Shown: positions 25,431 to 38,722 of the stretch, in pieces
Position numbering within the stretch: the stretch's first letter is position 1
How the letters are laid out: the number at the start of each line of letters is the position of its first letter
Assembly: GCA_951406725.2 (NCBI GenBank)
Contig: OX597830.1
Coordinates: 3,100,001 to 3,164,000 of the forward strand
DNA length: 64,000 bases
Direction of reading: 5' to 3'
Origin: Octopus vulgaris
Taxonomy: Eukaryota
Program-made: the position numbers and the translations under genes
The notes under the pieces: generated by a model
Seen by the model: the letters and a program-made list of their open reading frames with translations, nothing else
The model's database searches: none
What the model was told of the DNA's origin: nothing

Positions 25431-28269
25431 AACAACAAACAAGACGAGGACAAATATCCATCAAATGTAAATAATGTAAATAATGTATATAATTGCTCAT
25501 CTCTTAAATATAGAACTGAGTTACAGTTTGTAGATATGACAAAATCTGGACCCAAATCATTTCAGCCAATATATGTTCAGTCACTCCTCAGCCGGACTCA
25601 ATATGGTTGTTTGACCTGCTTGAAATAGCAGCTAAATTCCATAAATTTACTTTTAAAAGAGGAGGGATGGTCATAGTTAGAAGGCTGCTTTGATTATGAG
25701 TCTTTTTTTGACAGTGCTGACCAGGAGATAACCAACAGTATCTATAAATGGCCAGCTATTTATCATAGACCTTCTCTGTTATGACTGACCAACACAACCA
25801 CAGCAGCAGCAGCAAGAAGAAGGAGGAGGGGAGGGGTGGGGAGGAGGGGAGAAGAAGAAGAAGGGGAGAATGAGGAGGAGGGGGAGGAGGAGGAGAAGAA
25901 GAAGCAGAAGGAGAGGAAGAAGAAGAAGAAGAAGAAGAAGAAGAAAAACAACAACAACAACAACCATAAGTAAGTCTATCAAATAAGAATACTTTTTTTA
26001 TTGTTTAGATAAATCTAGTTTTGTGTCTTCTGTCTTTAGTCTTAGCTGCAGACATGGCAACTCCATAACGGCCCCAACCACGATGACACATTTTGTATTG
26101 GTCAACTTTAAGTAGTTATCTTGTAGAAAAATCGAAACATGTTGAATTTGTCAAGAAATTTGCCCAAACATTTAATAGATTCCTTGAGAGCGTTGGGGAG
26201 GGTGTTGTGATAATAATTTACCATTATTGAAAATGTTGAGATCAGGAGAAGGTTAATTTGTATTTTTTTTTATTTTTCTTGTTTTCTTTTTCAACTGAAG
26301 CCACATAAACAGGAAATGAAAATATAGCCTTTTTGAGGTCAGGGATAATTATTGTCTCAATTGCATAGACTTAATTTGATATAAAGTTCTTAACAGATTT
26401 CTCTGAGGTTGCAATCTATATTCCAATGGAAACTGTGATTGCTTAAACATTTTTTTCTTTTCAAATTCAGTGACAGCTTCCATACATTTCACTTTCAGCT
26501 TTAGTTTGCTTAAATTTCAAGGAAATATTAACACAGACCAAATCAATTGTCTTCAATGAAGACTCGCTCAGCTTTTATTCATGTTGTCAGCTCTTCACAG
26601 TCTTAATAATTTAAGAAAAGAAAGAAATTAAGACAAAAGGTGTCATTTTTTTCAAAGCGTTTCTTTCTTGCTGCCTGTAATGATACTAAAAAATGACCTG
26701 TGGTTAAATGGTGAGTGGTTATAGCTTCATGGTAGGTTGTGAGATTAATATTTTTTTAATAGAACTACACCATTTCAGGTTCAATTCTACTGTATGTCAC
26801 TTTAGACATGGGTCTTCTATTATAGTATCAAATAAACCGAAATCTTGTCAGTGGAATTTGGTGAATGGAAACTGTAGAAGCCCATTAATTGGATTCTTCA
26901 TTGTATCTTCACCTGTCACCTGGGTTAACCCTGATATACTGCATATTCTCAATGCTCCAGAAATTTCATCCTTGATATTCTGCCTAGTGACTGATGTAAT
27001 GGCAACAGAGAAAGCTCAGGTTAAAATTGAAAATAATTCAGCCTGAATCAGACGGAAGATTTCTCATCATTGATGTCTGGGATTTTTTTTACAAATAAAT
27101 GTCAGCTTAAAGCTAAAGTTTACTTTAGAATTATTTTCTGCTTTTTTTTTGTTTGTTTTGTTTTCTTTAAAGCATGAAGCTAAGATCAGCACAGTCAACC
27201 CCCATCTGGAAGGGCCAAGCAATGTCATAGAATATTCAAGCTGCAGGATCCTGGAATTTGACTAAATATATCCTAAAGATTACTTGGATTACTAAAGATT
27301 CCATTGACAAATATGGAAGTTTTGCAGTTCAAGAACAAACAGATGGAGATGGTCATATTTCATAAACTGAAAGCGATTAACCACAATAAAAGCTAAAGTG
27401 GTGACCCACGAAAGTACAAGATTGGAATTAGGACTGAGACTTGTAAATTTTCAGTAAGAACCTAAATATTCATATGTCTCTGTCCAGTTGTTCACAACAT
27501 CTCTCTGACCGGGGATGACAGAGTTAACACCCCAGCTTGGTCCTGATGGGGTTTTTGGTTCATTCTGTGACAACCAATCAAGCCAAGTCTTTCATCTGAA
27601 GATGACTTCTTCCCTACACTGCTAGTGTCTGTCTCCTCCAATTCATCTTCCAAAGCACTACTACTCTCTTTCTTCCTTTGACCAAACCATTCTATTTTTT
27701 AAAAATTAAAATTCCTAAAGTTCATTCAATTAATCAATGTTTTAATTCCAAGATATTTGCATAAATTTACTAATATTTCCTTCATTAACATTACATCAAT
27801 AAGTAAAATATTTCAGAAGATATGAAAATGAATGCAACCTTTTTTTCCTACAAGTATGCTACTCTTTATTACATATATTACATTATAATTCTTACCATAA
27901 TATACAATATGATATTGACCTAATATTCATATCAAATAATAAGCTTTCATTACACAGTAATCAATCATAGCAGGAAAGTTTAATTTCAACATCAATCATG
28001 TTATTGAGACTCTATTGGTCGGCTTTGTAAAATGTTGTTGGCAATAATCTAATTAAATGTTTTCACTTAAGATGTCTGAATACTTCAAGTCATGTTATCT
28101 CACTACAGTCTACGGAGCTCTACTGAAAACAATAGCAATTATCAACAACTACTTCTAGACTATGGCCAATGGGAAATGCTTGTATCATTGGGCATCTCCA
28201 ATCTTTTAGCCTAATTCTCAAGCATTTCTCTGATTATTTTATTACATCTACATTACTCCAATGTTTGCA

Positions 28270-28306
28270 GTATATCTATCTATCTATCCATCTATCTATC
28301 TATCTG

Positions 28307-28391
<85 letters not shown>

Positions 28392-28458
28392 TTATCTATC
28401 TATCTATCTAACAATCTATCTATCTGTCTATCTATCAACATACATATCTATATCTATA
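28270..28458. repeat. (TATC)n microsatellite
   Basis: Directly visible. Confidence 0.95.
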
Positions 28459-28459
28459 T

Positions 28460-29285
28460 CCCTGGCCTGGCAGTGCTACCAGGAAGCGCTACCCTTTCGG
28501 GATAAGCTCTACAGACGTGACTCAAGAAACACGGAGCTGACCTGCCCGAGATGCGGTCAGAGCGATGAAACCATTCTGCATGCACTCGTGTGGTGTCCAA
28601 CAATTTCCAACCAGTGGGCTTATGTCGAACGACTGCTGTCACGTGTGGGACATGACAGATTATCAGCCAAATCTATCGTCAATATTGTCACGCCTCCTTC
28701 CTTCAAACAGGAAGGAAGAGCTATTTTCATCATCCTTGTGGCTATGGCGAAAGAATATATCTGGTGGATGTGTCTGAAAGGATTAGAGACAAACACTTTC
28801 CTCTCTTGTCAATCTCTCATCAACTTTCTCAAGTATCACTTGAAAAGGAAAGTGAGAGTAGAGAGGTAAGTTTTGTCTAGTGAATGTTTCAGAAAAAGAT
28901 GGGTGAATGTAGCAAGGATGACACATATAAATGATGAAGCCACCTTGAGCATAATCCTATGAACCCGGAGGGTTACCTACTTGCAAACAAATGTGGTAAC
29001 ATGTAACAGCATTGACTGAGGTTACCGTGGTCTTTTCCATAGGCTTTTCTTCCCACGGATAAACCTTATCAGCTTCCCCCTTTACACTTAACACCATGAC
29101 ACTGTGATACATGGTCCCTATTGATCGTTTTTCTTTCCCCCTTTTTTCTTCTTCTTTCCCTTTTATGATCCCTTTTGATCGAAAACCTAACCCACCGTTT
29201 TTTTTCTTTCTCTCCCCCAGAAAGAAAAGCTCTACTTTGTAATATGTCCTGTCTGTGTGCAGCCCTGTGTGGCTAATAAACAAAC
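28460..29285 (+). mobile_element. L1/Tx1-group LINE 3' fragment (zf-RVT-like knuckle and 3' UTR) between (TATC)n and (TA)n
   Basis: LAWQCY...LPFRDKL...CPRCGQSDETILHALVWC; pyrimidine-rich 3' UTR ending in AATAAA. Confidence 0.7.
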
Positions 29286-29290
29286 ATATC

Positions 29291-29321
<31 letters not shown>

Positions 29322-29639
29322 TAATATATATATATATATATAATTTCAACAATTGAGGGTAAAATTAATTAATTATTAATCAATTTCACCAAGTGTTCAG
29401 TATGCAAAGGGACCATTTAAGGCGAATTCAAATTATTACATTATATAAAAGGGCTTAGTAAAATAAATTACTTTGCCGCATACTGAACTCATTAGAAATA
29501 GCAGCTAAAAAACTTTTTTAAAACTATTTCTAATACTTAAAGAAAACCTCTCTCATATAGTGTTTGCTTAACTCAACTCACGAAAGTTTGGGGGTAAAGA
29601 CATCAAAAAATCAAATGCAAAGGTTATATATATATATAT

Positions 29640-30035
29640 CATCATCATCATCGTTTAACGTCCGTTCTCCATGCTAGCATGGGTTGGCCGGTTCGACCGG
29701 GGATCTAGGAAGCCAGAAGGCTGCACCAGGCTCCAGTCTTATCTGGCAATGTTTCTACAGCTGGATGCCCTTCCTAACGCCAACCACTCCGTGAGTGTAG
29801 TGGGTGCTTTTTACGTGCCACCTGCACAGGTGCCAGGCGAGGCTGGCAACGGCCACGGTCGGATTGGTGTATTTTATGTGCCAACCGGCATGGAAGCCAG
29901 TCGAGGCGGCGCTGGCATCGGCCACGAGTCGGATAGTGCTTTTTACGTACCACCAGACCAGGGATCCTGGCTGTTTCAATTCGATTTCGCTTTCGCTTGC
30001 CCCAACATGTCTTCGCAAGCAAAGGGGGGTTGGCA
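29640..30035 (-). mobile_element. RTE 3'-UTR-derived fragment (relatives at ~30740-31045 +, 37060-37340 -, 39040-39620 -, 53835-54032 -, 63300-63595 +)
   Basis: Shares the ccaacccatgctagcatgg...gttaaacgatgatgat end and gtgc..gtggcacgtaaaaagcacc units with the RTE copies. Confidence 0.8.
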
Positions 30036-30142
30036 TATATATATAACGGGAAGCTTTATGAAAATAAACAAAAGACGAAGGCAGGTGGAATACAAACAAA
30101 CAATTGTATTAGTATGGCGCTCAGGAATATAAATAAAACAAG

Positions 30143-30180
30143 TCTTTTACGTTTCGAGCCTATGCTCTTCAACAGAAAGA
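30143..30180 (-). ncRNA. Minimal hammerhead-like motif with CUGUUGA core, in a (TA)n-flanked element at ~30045-30260
   Basis: tcttt-CTGTTGA-a-gagc atag gctc-GAAA-cg-TA-aaaga; perfect stems I and II. Confidence 0.55.
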
Positions 30181-30290
30181 TACACAGAAAAGAAACACGG
30201 AAAGGAACAAGGAGAGAAAAAAATATGCGTGCAGAAGCTAGCGAATCAACATGGCGATTATATATATGTATGTATGTATATATATATATA

Positions 30291-30420
<130 letters not shown>

Positions 30421-30514
30421 ATCCAAACAAGAAAACACAGAAAAAAAACACAGCAACGCGAGGACGTGGAACAATTAAAGTATTATTTGACGCTCAGGAA
30501 AGAAGGGAAGGAGG

Positions 30515-30549
30515 GTTTAACGTTTCGAGCGGAGCTCTTCGTCGGAAAC
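30515..30549 (-). ncRNA. Minimal hammerhead-like motif with CCGACGA core, in a (TA)n-flanked element at ~30416-30580
   Basis: gttt-CCGACGA-a-gagc tcc gctc-GAAA-cg-TT-aaac. Confidence 0.55.
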
Positions 30550-30580
30550 AAAGGAGAAGGGAAGACAGAGGAAAAAAATT

Positions 30581-30652
<72 letters not shown>

Positions 30653-31045
30653 CATATATATATACATACATATATATATACATATATAGATATATATATA
30701 TATATGTATATACACGTACATGTATATAGACATACCATTTGAGTATGGCCAATGGCAGCTGTGCCAGACTGGCACCTGTGCCAGTCTGGCATGTAAAATG
30801 TACCATTCGAGCATGGCTGATGCTAGTGCCACCTGACTGGCTCCCATACCAGTGGCATGTAAAAAGCACCGAATACACTCTTTGCATGGTTGGAGTTAGG
30901 AAGGGCATACAGCTGTAGAAACCTTGCCAAATCAAATTTGAGCCTGGTGCAGCCTCCTGGCTTGCCAGTTCTCAGTCAAACCATCCAACCCACGCCAACA
31001 TGGAAAGGGGATGCTAAATGATGGTGACAATGATGATGATGAAGA

Positions 31046-31084
<39 letters not shown>

Positions 31085-31169
31085 AATATATATAGCTTAA
31101 GGATTAAAATTAATCAAAGTACATACTAAGTACGTCTACCTGCTGGAAATAGCTGTCAAAACTATATTA

Positions 31170-32317
31170 CCTAGGTGACCAAGTCAAGTAGCAGGGAGGG
31201 TGCACTGAAAGTGTAGCTACTAGAATAAGAATAGCCTGGGCTAAGTTCAGAGAGCTCTTACCTCTGCTGGTGACAAAGGGCCTCTCGCTCAGAGTAAAAG
31301 GTAGAATCTATGATGCATGTGTATGAACAGCCATGCTACATGGAAGTGAAACATGGTCCATGACTGCTGAGGATATGCGTAAGCCTGCAAGGAATGAAGC
31401 CAGCATGCTCCGATGGATGTGTCATGTCAGTGTGCATACTCGACAGAGTGTTAGTGCCCTGAGAGAAATGTTGAACCTAAGAAGCATCAGATGTGGTGTG
31501 CAAGAGAGACAATTGTGCTGGTATGGTAATGTGGCGAGAATGGATGTCGATAGCTGTGTGAAAAAATACCACACCCTAGTAGTTGAGGGAACCTGTGGAA
31601 GAGGTAGACCCAGGAAAACCTGGGATGAGGTGGTGAAGGATGACCTTCAAACATTGGGCCTCACCGAGACAATGACTAGTGACCGGAACCTCTGGAAATA
31701 TGTTGTGCTGCAGAAGACTCGGCAAGCGCAAGTGTGACCATAACCTTGTGGCCTATGCTAGGGGGTAACCAGTCCACTTATAGGTGCCTTTTCTTCATTG
31801 GACACTAAACTCTGCTTGCGGCGACCAGTTGAGGTAAGTGAAATCGAAGTCGAAATCAAACTCTGTGACTGGCATCCGTTGCTAGTGGAGCGCTAAGAGT
31901 ACCATATGAGTGAGATCATTGCCAGAGCAACAAGCTGGCCTCCGTGCCGATGCCATGTTAAGCACACCATTCAAGTGTGATCGTTACCGTGTCGCCTTAC
32001 TAGCACTTGTGCTGGTGGCATGTGAAATATTCAACCAAGGTCGTCGCCAGTGCCGCTGGACTGGCTCCTGTGCAGGTGGCACGTAAAAAGCACCATTTGG
32101 GCATGGCCGTTGCCAGTACCACTAAACTGGCCCTTGTGCCAGTAGTGCGTAAAAGCACCCACTACTCACTCGGAGTGGTTGGCGTTAGGAAGGGCATTCA
32201 GCTGTAGAAACTCTGCCAGATCAGATTGGAGTCTGGTTCGCTAGACCTCAATCAAATCGTCCAACCCATGCTAGCATGGAAAGCGGACCTTAAATGATGA
32301 TGATGATGATAATGATA
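31170..32317 (+). mobile_element. RTE-clade LINE 3' fragment with (GAT)n tail, inserted in the loop of an older hairpin
   Basis: MLHGSETW, MLRWMC and GRGRPRKTW motifs; TATATTA repeated at 31163-31169 and 32318-32324. Confidence 0.88.
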
Positions 32318-32641
32318 TATATTAATCGCAATTTAAATGAGTGTTTTGACTGTTATTTCCAGCATGTAGACATAGTATGTCTTTTGATTAATTTTAAGCC
32401 TTCAGCTATTTAATGCATTTTAGGCCTGCAATCATGTAAACTATTGGTTATGTTATCTTTTTTAAATTGTCACACCAGATAATAACAGAGTCAATGGTAT
32501 CTTTGCAAATTATTTTTTTGTGAATTATATTTTCTTGTGAATTATTTGCTCCATATTGAAATATATATATATGTGTGTATGTATGTATGCATGTATGTAT
32601 GTATGCATGTATGTATGTATGTATGTGTGTATGTATGTATG

Positions 32642-32721
<80 letters not shown>

Positions 32722-33013
32722 TGCGAGGATGATCCGGTTCTTGACTGAAGATTAGAGGCTTCGAATGACCCGTCCGTTTTTTGTGTCATCTATTTGAATG
32801 TTTTGCGTTCTTGTCCCATTTTGTATTTTTATATATATTTTTTATACATAAATTATTGTGGCGTAACGTACACCATATTCTCTTACCGGAGTAAACACAT
32901 AAATGTGAAACAAGGTGGAAAAAAGAGTACTCAAATACCAGTGGTAGAGTAATATGCTTTATTTAAAGCAGCAGAAAATTCAACAAAAATAGCAAAAACT
33001 ATTCTAGCAAAAA

Positions 33014-33051
33014 CTGTCCGACGAACGGGAACGTGAAACTCAGAGTAACAG
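33014..33051 (+). ncRNA. Type-I hammerhead motif with CCGACGA core, between perfect 32-bp inverted repeats (32957-32988 and 33053-33084)
   Basis: ctgt-CCGACGA-acg ggaa cgt-GAAA-ctc a gag-TA-acag; all three stems pair. Confidence 0.65.
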
Positions 33052-33083
33052 GTTTTGTTGAATTTTCTGCTGCTTTAAATAAA

Positions 33084-33195
<112 letters not shown>

Positions 33196-33649
33196 GTATG
33201 TATATCTACATACTACATATATACACTTGCAAATATTGGATTCCAGATTTATCATTTCTCTCATTATTCCCTTATAGCTATATTACATCAATGTTTTATG
33301 CAATATTCATGCATGCATACACACACACATATATATACATGTAGTGAGAGATACATACATATATATATTATCCTTGATGATAATGATGATGACGACAAAG
33401 ATGATGATGATATATAATGGATTCCCTTGTTGTAAACAACAAATGGTTTTGTAAAATAAAACGGTAATCATGTTCTATAGACATAAATGTGTCTCTTGAG
33501 GTCTGCTGGTGCCTTGCAAACTTTTTGGCAAATGGAACAAGTTGAGGATTTGGTTTGCTTGAGTGTTTGTGGATCGTTTTCTATGTGTTATCTTGAGTGG
33601 ACAGCAAGACCTGCTTTGCTTCTTGCCCCCAAAACCACAATGACAGGTA

Positions 33650-33848
33650 TACATGGGGGTTGCTGAAAAGTTTCTTACTTTAAGAGTCTCAACATTCCAA
33701 GTTCTTTTACAGGGCTTAGAAAAACTGAAGGACCACTGCAAAAACTGCATGAATTTGCGAGGGGAATATGTTGAATAAAATCATAATTAACGGATCAGTC
33801 TGTATTTTCTTTTACTCAAAGCCAGGAAGTTTCCAGCACCCCCTTGTA
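33650..33848. mobile_element. Tc1/mariner-type MITE (second copy at ~60830-61032)
   Basis: Imperfect TIRs tacatgggggttgctgaaaagtt / aagtttccagcacccccttgta, TA ends, and internal sequence shared with the second copy. Confidence 0.75.
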
Positions 33849-33849
33849 T

Positions 33850-33904
<55 letters not shown>

Positions 33905-34755
33905 TATATATATATGCTGTTATTTGACTTCAAGATTTATCAATCACATAAATCATGCAGATTAAAGCAAATTATTTTCTAATTTAAAATATGAAATATC
34001 AGTTCCTAACAACATCTCAACTCACAACGTTTGGATGAGAACAGTCAAACCATTATCAATCCCAGAAGAACCACAGACAAAATGCTTGGCAGCATTTCTT
34101 CCAAAATTATGTTCTGAGTTCAAATACCAATGAGGTCAACTTTACCTTTCATTCTTTTAGGGTCAATAAAATCAGTACAAGTTGAATGCTGGGGTCAACA
34201 TAACTGATTATGCCCCCTCTTAAATTTCTGGCCTTGTGCCAAACTTTGAAATGATTATCAACCCCAGTATTTTACTGGTATTAATTTTATTGACTCTGAA
34301 ATTAAGGACATACAAAATTGGCCTTGCTGAGATTAAATTTACATTTTGACTAAATACTACAAGAAATTTGTTAGATGTTCGACCAGTTCTGTCAATATGT
34401 AAAATATGGACCATTTCACCATATTTTCATTTGTTTTCATATTGTTTTCTTCATCAATTCAAAGAGCTTTCCATTTTTGAGGTTTCATTCATATTCTTTC
34501 AGAAACCTGATTTAAGAATTTTAAAAAAATTGTTTCCTAAAAAACAAAATCAATATATTGAATTTTGTTTTTTAATTTTTGCAATCATTGTGCAACAGTA
34601 AAACTTGCATCAACAAATATATGCGAAACTATTTGTTGTAATGCATGCATGACTTCCTCTATCTCTCTCCCACTATCTCTCTCATACAAATAAGAATATC
34701 ACAAGAACACAAATTTCACAACTTACGAAGTAAACACAGCAATGTCACTCAGTAC

Positions 34756-34812
34756 CCTTTCTCATGAAGGTCACTGCTAGCTCTCACCGTGTACACAACC
34801 ATGTGCTGCCAT
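34756..34812 (-). CDS. Putative 57-nt internal coding exon (WQHMVVYTVRASSDLHEK)
   Basis: ccaacag acceptor and GG|gtactg donor (weak); phase 2 out matches exon 21927-22081. Confidence 0.4.
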
Positions 34813-35707
34813 CTGTTGGCATACAACAGAACTAGTCCAGGTATTTTTTCATTGAACATCCGTCTCTCACTCTGACATGGGTTAGCTGGTTTCATGGGAT
34901 CCAATGAGTCGGATGACTGAGTCATGCTCCAGTACTTGATGATGTGTAATTTCAACAGATGGGGCCTCTTTCTAATCCCAACCATTTTCCAGAGTGTAGT
35001 GGGTGCACTATATGATGATGACAAAACTTGTGAGATTTTCATGTAATTTAAAGGATTAAAGAGCCCCAAGCCAACCACCCACCATTAACTGAGTGGGAGA
35101 ACTGGAGAGACAGAGGTTTCTGCTGAATTCCTATCGACCAAATTCTACTTCTAAAGAATTTGTCAGTTGAGACTTCCTCATGTGACAATGATAGCTTGAA
35201 CATAATAATATTTGAATTATTATTTAGTCCAAGATATCTTCTCGATGATAACTTAATATCTTGGACATAATTTGATACTTTGCTCAAAATATCAAGTTGC
35301 CATGCAATGGGATAGGACATCGAACAACATTGTTACCATGCAAATGACAATAAGGATATACATATACAGTGCGTGTGTGTCTTTGTGTATGTGCATGGTG
35401 TGTGAATGTATGTGTGTGAGTGTGTGAATGTACGTGTGTGTGTGTGTGTCTTTGTGTGCATTTGTGTGTGTGTTTAGAAATAATGTGAATTTTGTGACTC
35501 AGTGCTTAGGTCTCTTGGAATTGTTTAAAATAATATTGATTTCTAATTTAAACCCCAGGTCAGCAGTTTTGAGCAAAATTGCTGAGTCAATACAAATGAT
35601 CCCAGAACTTCCCTGCTGCTTTATTTTATAAACTTCACAGAGATAAGCAAGAAATTTGGCCTTGAACGCTAGCGCATCATAATAATAATAATAATAATAA
35701 TAATAAT

Positions 35708-35794
<87 letters not shown>

Positions 35795-35809
35795 AAAATT
35801 TTTTTTTTA

Positions 35810-36035
35810 AATTAAAAAAAAATATTCAGACAAATGCATAACAAAAACACCAGGACTTACAAACACATACAACATACAGAAAATTGCACTACTGGGCACT
35901 GCACACATCCTACGCAGAACACTTTCCATACAATAACCATCAGAGCATCACAACAAATCACAGCACATACCCAAGGCACACAGTGCTGCGCTCGGTAGTG
36001 AAGTGAAAGCATGCTATAAAAATAAAAATACTGAA
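35810..36035 (+). mobile_element. Short 3' fragment of the young Dong/R4 family, in (TAA)n
   Basis: Near-identical to ~18700-18924; (TAA)n flanks. Confidence 0.92.
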
Positions 36036-36036
36036 T

Positions 36037-36086
<50 letters not shown>

Positions 36087-37374
36087 CAATTCTTTTTACT
36101 ATTGGCACAAAGCCTGAAACTTTAGAGGGAAGAAGCTAGTAGAGCATGTTGGCCCCCAGTAATCAACTGGTACTATTTTATTGAACCCAAAAGGATGAAA
36201 AGCAAAGTCGACCATAACAGAACAAAACTCAGAATATAAAGCCTGAAGACATACCACTAACCACTTTGTCAATATAATGATAATAATAATACCAACAATA
36301 ATAATAATAATGATAATAATAATATAATGATAATGATAATAATAATAGTAATGATAAAATTGTAGTCAAAATCATTTTCAAGGAAATATTTCAAGTAACA
36401 GACTTGTAAAAATGATGGCTACAACAGGCATAATAGTTTTGAAAGTATTGTAAATAAAGAAGGGCAGTTTGAGTCGATGGAATACATTAAGAGCGATCTT
36501 CACTTGAGGACGAAAATCCTTTTATACATGATTGAATTATACTCCTGGAAAGGAGGAATAAAATCTCATTAATTATATCTGTCAAAGTCAATATTTGATG
36601 GTAATTAACCTTTATAGCAACTTAATGATTATATAAGAAACATAGATTTTAATTTCTAGATTTGTGTTAGCTTTAATGAGATCAGAGGTCAAATTATCGA
36701 TATTTCTACAATACAATTTGATTCACCAATATTGTTGTTGTTGTCGTTGTTGTTGTTGCATAATCTCAGGTCTTCGATGTGTAACCTTGATCAAGTCAAC
36801 TATGATCAAAGGCCCTGCTATTTTATTCAGGTACTGAATATCTAGGAGGACATTATCTAATGTTTTTCCTTTCTTAAGACAATAAGATGTAATTTGAAGA
36901 CATTTGGTTGCTATTTCTAGCAAAAAAGAATGTCCATCTAGAGAATTCATGCTTACTTTGTTTACCAATGAATGTTTTTATAAAGTTAAGAAATGATGTT
37001 ATTTTCAGACATATTTCTGCCCAGTTGGTCGCATATTCAATACGATATATATCATCATCATCATCATTGTCATTGTTCAATGTCTGCCTTCATGCTAGCA
37101 TGGGTCAGCCAGACTGAAGCCTGCACCAGACTTCTGTGGCTGTTTTGGCAGGATTGTTACAACTAGATGCCCTTCCTAACACCAAACACTCAGCAGAGTG
37201 GACTTAGTGCTTTTTACATGGCACAAGCACATGCAAGGTCAGTTTTGGCAAGGTTTTTACAGCTGGATGCCCTTCCAAATGCCAACCACTTTACAGTGTG
37301 GACTGGGTGCTTTTAAGTGGCACCTGCACTGACAGGGTCACCAAGTATTTGGATGACAAAAAAAAACTTTCATG

Positions 37375-37534
37375 CGTAGGAGAGTCTGTGTGGTAAGTAG
37401 GTTGCTTACAAACCACATGGTTCCGGGTTCAGTCCCACTGTGTGGCACCTTGGACAAGTGTCTTCTACTATAGCCTTGGGCTGACCAAAGCCTTGTGAGT
37501 GGATTTGGTAGACGGAAACTGAAAGAAGCCCGTC

Positions 37535-37569
<35 letters not shown>

Positions 37570-37805
37570 CATACATACATACATGTATGTGTGCATGTAT
37601 TTGTTTGTGTGTCTGTGTTTGTTCCCCACCAACATTGTTTGACAACCGATGCTGGTGTGTTTACATCCCCGTAACTTAGTGGTTCGGCAAAAGAGACTGA
37701 TAGAATAAGTACTAGGTTTACAAAGAATAAGTCCTGGGGTCGATTTGCTTGACTAAAGGTGGTGTTCCAGCATGGCCACATTCAAATGATTGAAACGAGT
37801 AGAAG
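37375..37805 (+). mobile_element. SINE family B, full length, with a central (TA)/(TG) microsatellite
   Basis: tRNA-like A/B-box head, ccttggacaagtgtcttc block and family tail; matches 58733-59146. Confidence 0.88.
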
Positions 37806-38606
37806 AGAGAGGTAAGGAGGCGATAATGTGTTGGATGATGAAAGGTTATAGTGAGACAGATACAGGTGTGTTGCTGTGGAGGAGGGACAAGGTTACCCAG
37901 CCAGAGGGAGGAACGAGGACAGAAACAGGTGTGCTACCACAAAGAAAATACATGGTTGCCCAACGTGAGGTAGTTGCGGGAGAAGGAGAAAGAGTGGGAG
38001 ACAGCGGGATAGGGATGGTGGCAAAATGGCAGGCATGGTCACAAGGAACGTAGATCAGAATAGAAATGGGATGGTTCAGTAAAGGAAGAGAGAGATATAG
38101 ATGGTGGCAAGTGCCAGGGCATAGCCTTGAGGCTCAAATGCTGTAATATAAATGGCAGGATATTGTGAAGTGAGTGTGATTAAAGAGTGCGAGTAAGTGG
38201 TGAAAGACCTGGGTTTTTATAGATTTGGGGACGGGGGCTACCAGATAGCAGTGAAAGAGGGGAATAGGGTTGTGGGGACAGGATTGGAGAGTGAGAGTGA
38301 GGCATAGGGAAAGAAGGAGGAAATGTGAGAATGAGAAAAGATGTAGATTGGTTTGTTGGGGTAGGGTGAGGAGAAATTTTTATTGTTACCTGTGGGTGGA
38401 ACACCCAGGTCGTGAGCTAGGAGATAGCAGTTATAGAATGTTGATAGAATGCATAGGTTGTGGGCAAGCAGAGAGCAATGATACAGTGGCACAGGGCTAA
38501 GAGGACAGAATTAGGGAGTGGGAGGTAAGCATGAAGTAGAAATGTGAGGAAGAGAAGATATATGTGTGCCTGTGTGTGTATTATATATATATGCCTGTAA
38601 TTCTCT

Positions 38607-38722
38607 AACAAAAATAGTGTTGACAGTGACTTCAAAGTGTAAGTCTGCTTAGCCTTCCTCATCAAGTCCAACGAAGGCAAGCAGGCTGAATCTTCAAAGT
38701 CACTGTCAACCCTATTCTTGTT
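38607..38722. repeat. Imperfect hairpin (~50-bp arms) containing a decayed hammerhead-like motif at 38665-38704
   Basis: aacaaaaatag...gttgacagtgactt / aagtcactgtcaac...ctattcttgtt; inner agt-CCAACGA-...-GAAT-ctt ca aag-TC-act. Confidence 0.7.

Noticed and set aside
35048-35320. 90-aa non-repetitive minus-strand ORF as an exon
   Set aside because: No convincing acceptor or phase-compatible strong donor was found; left unresolved.
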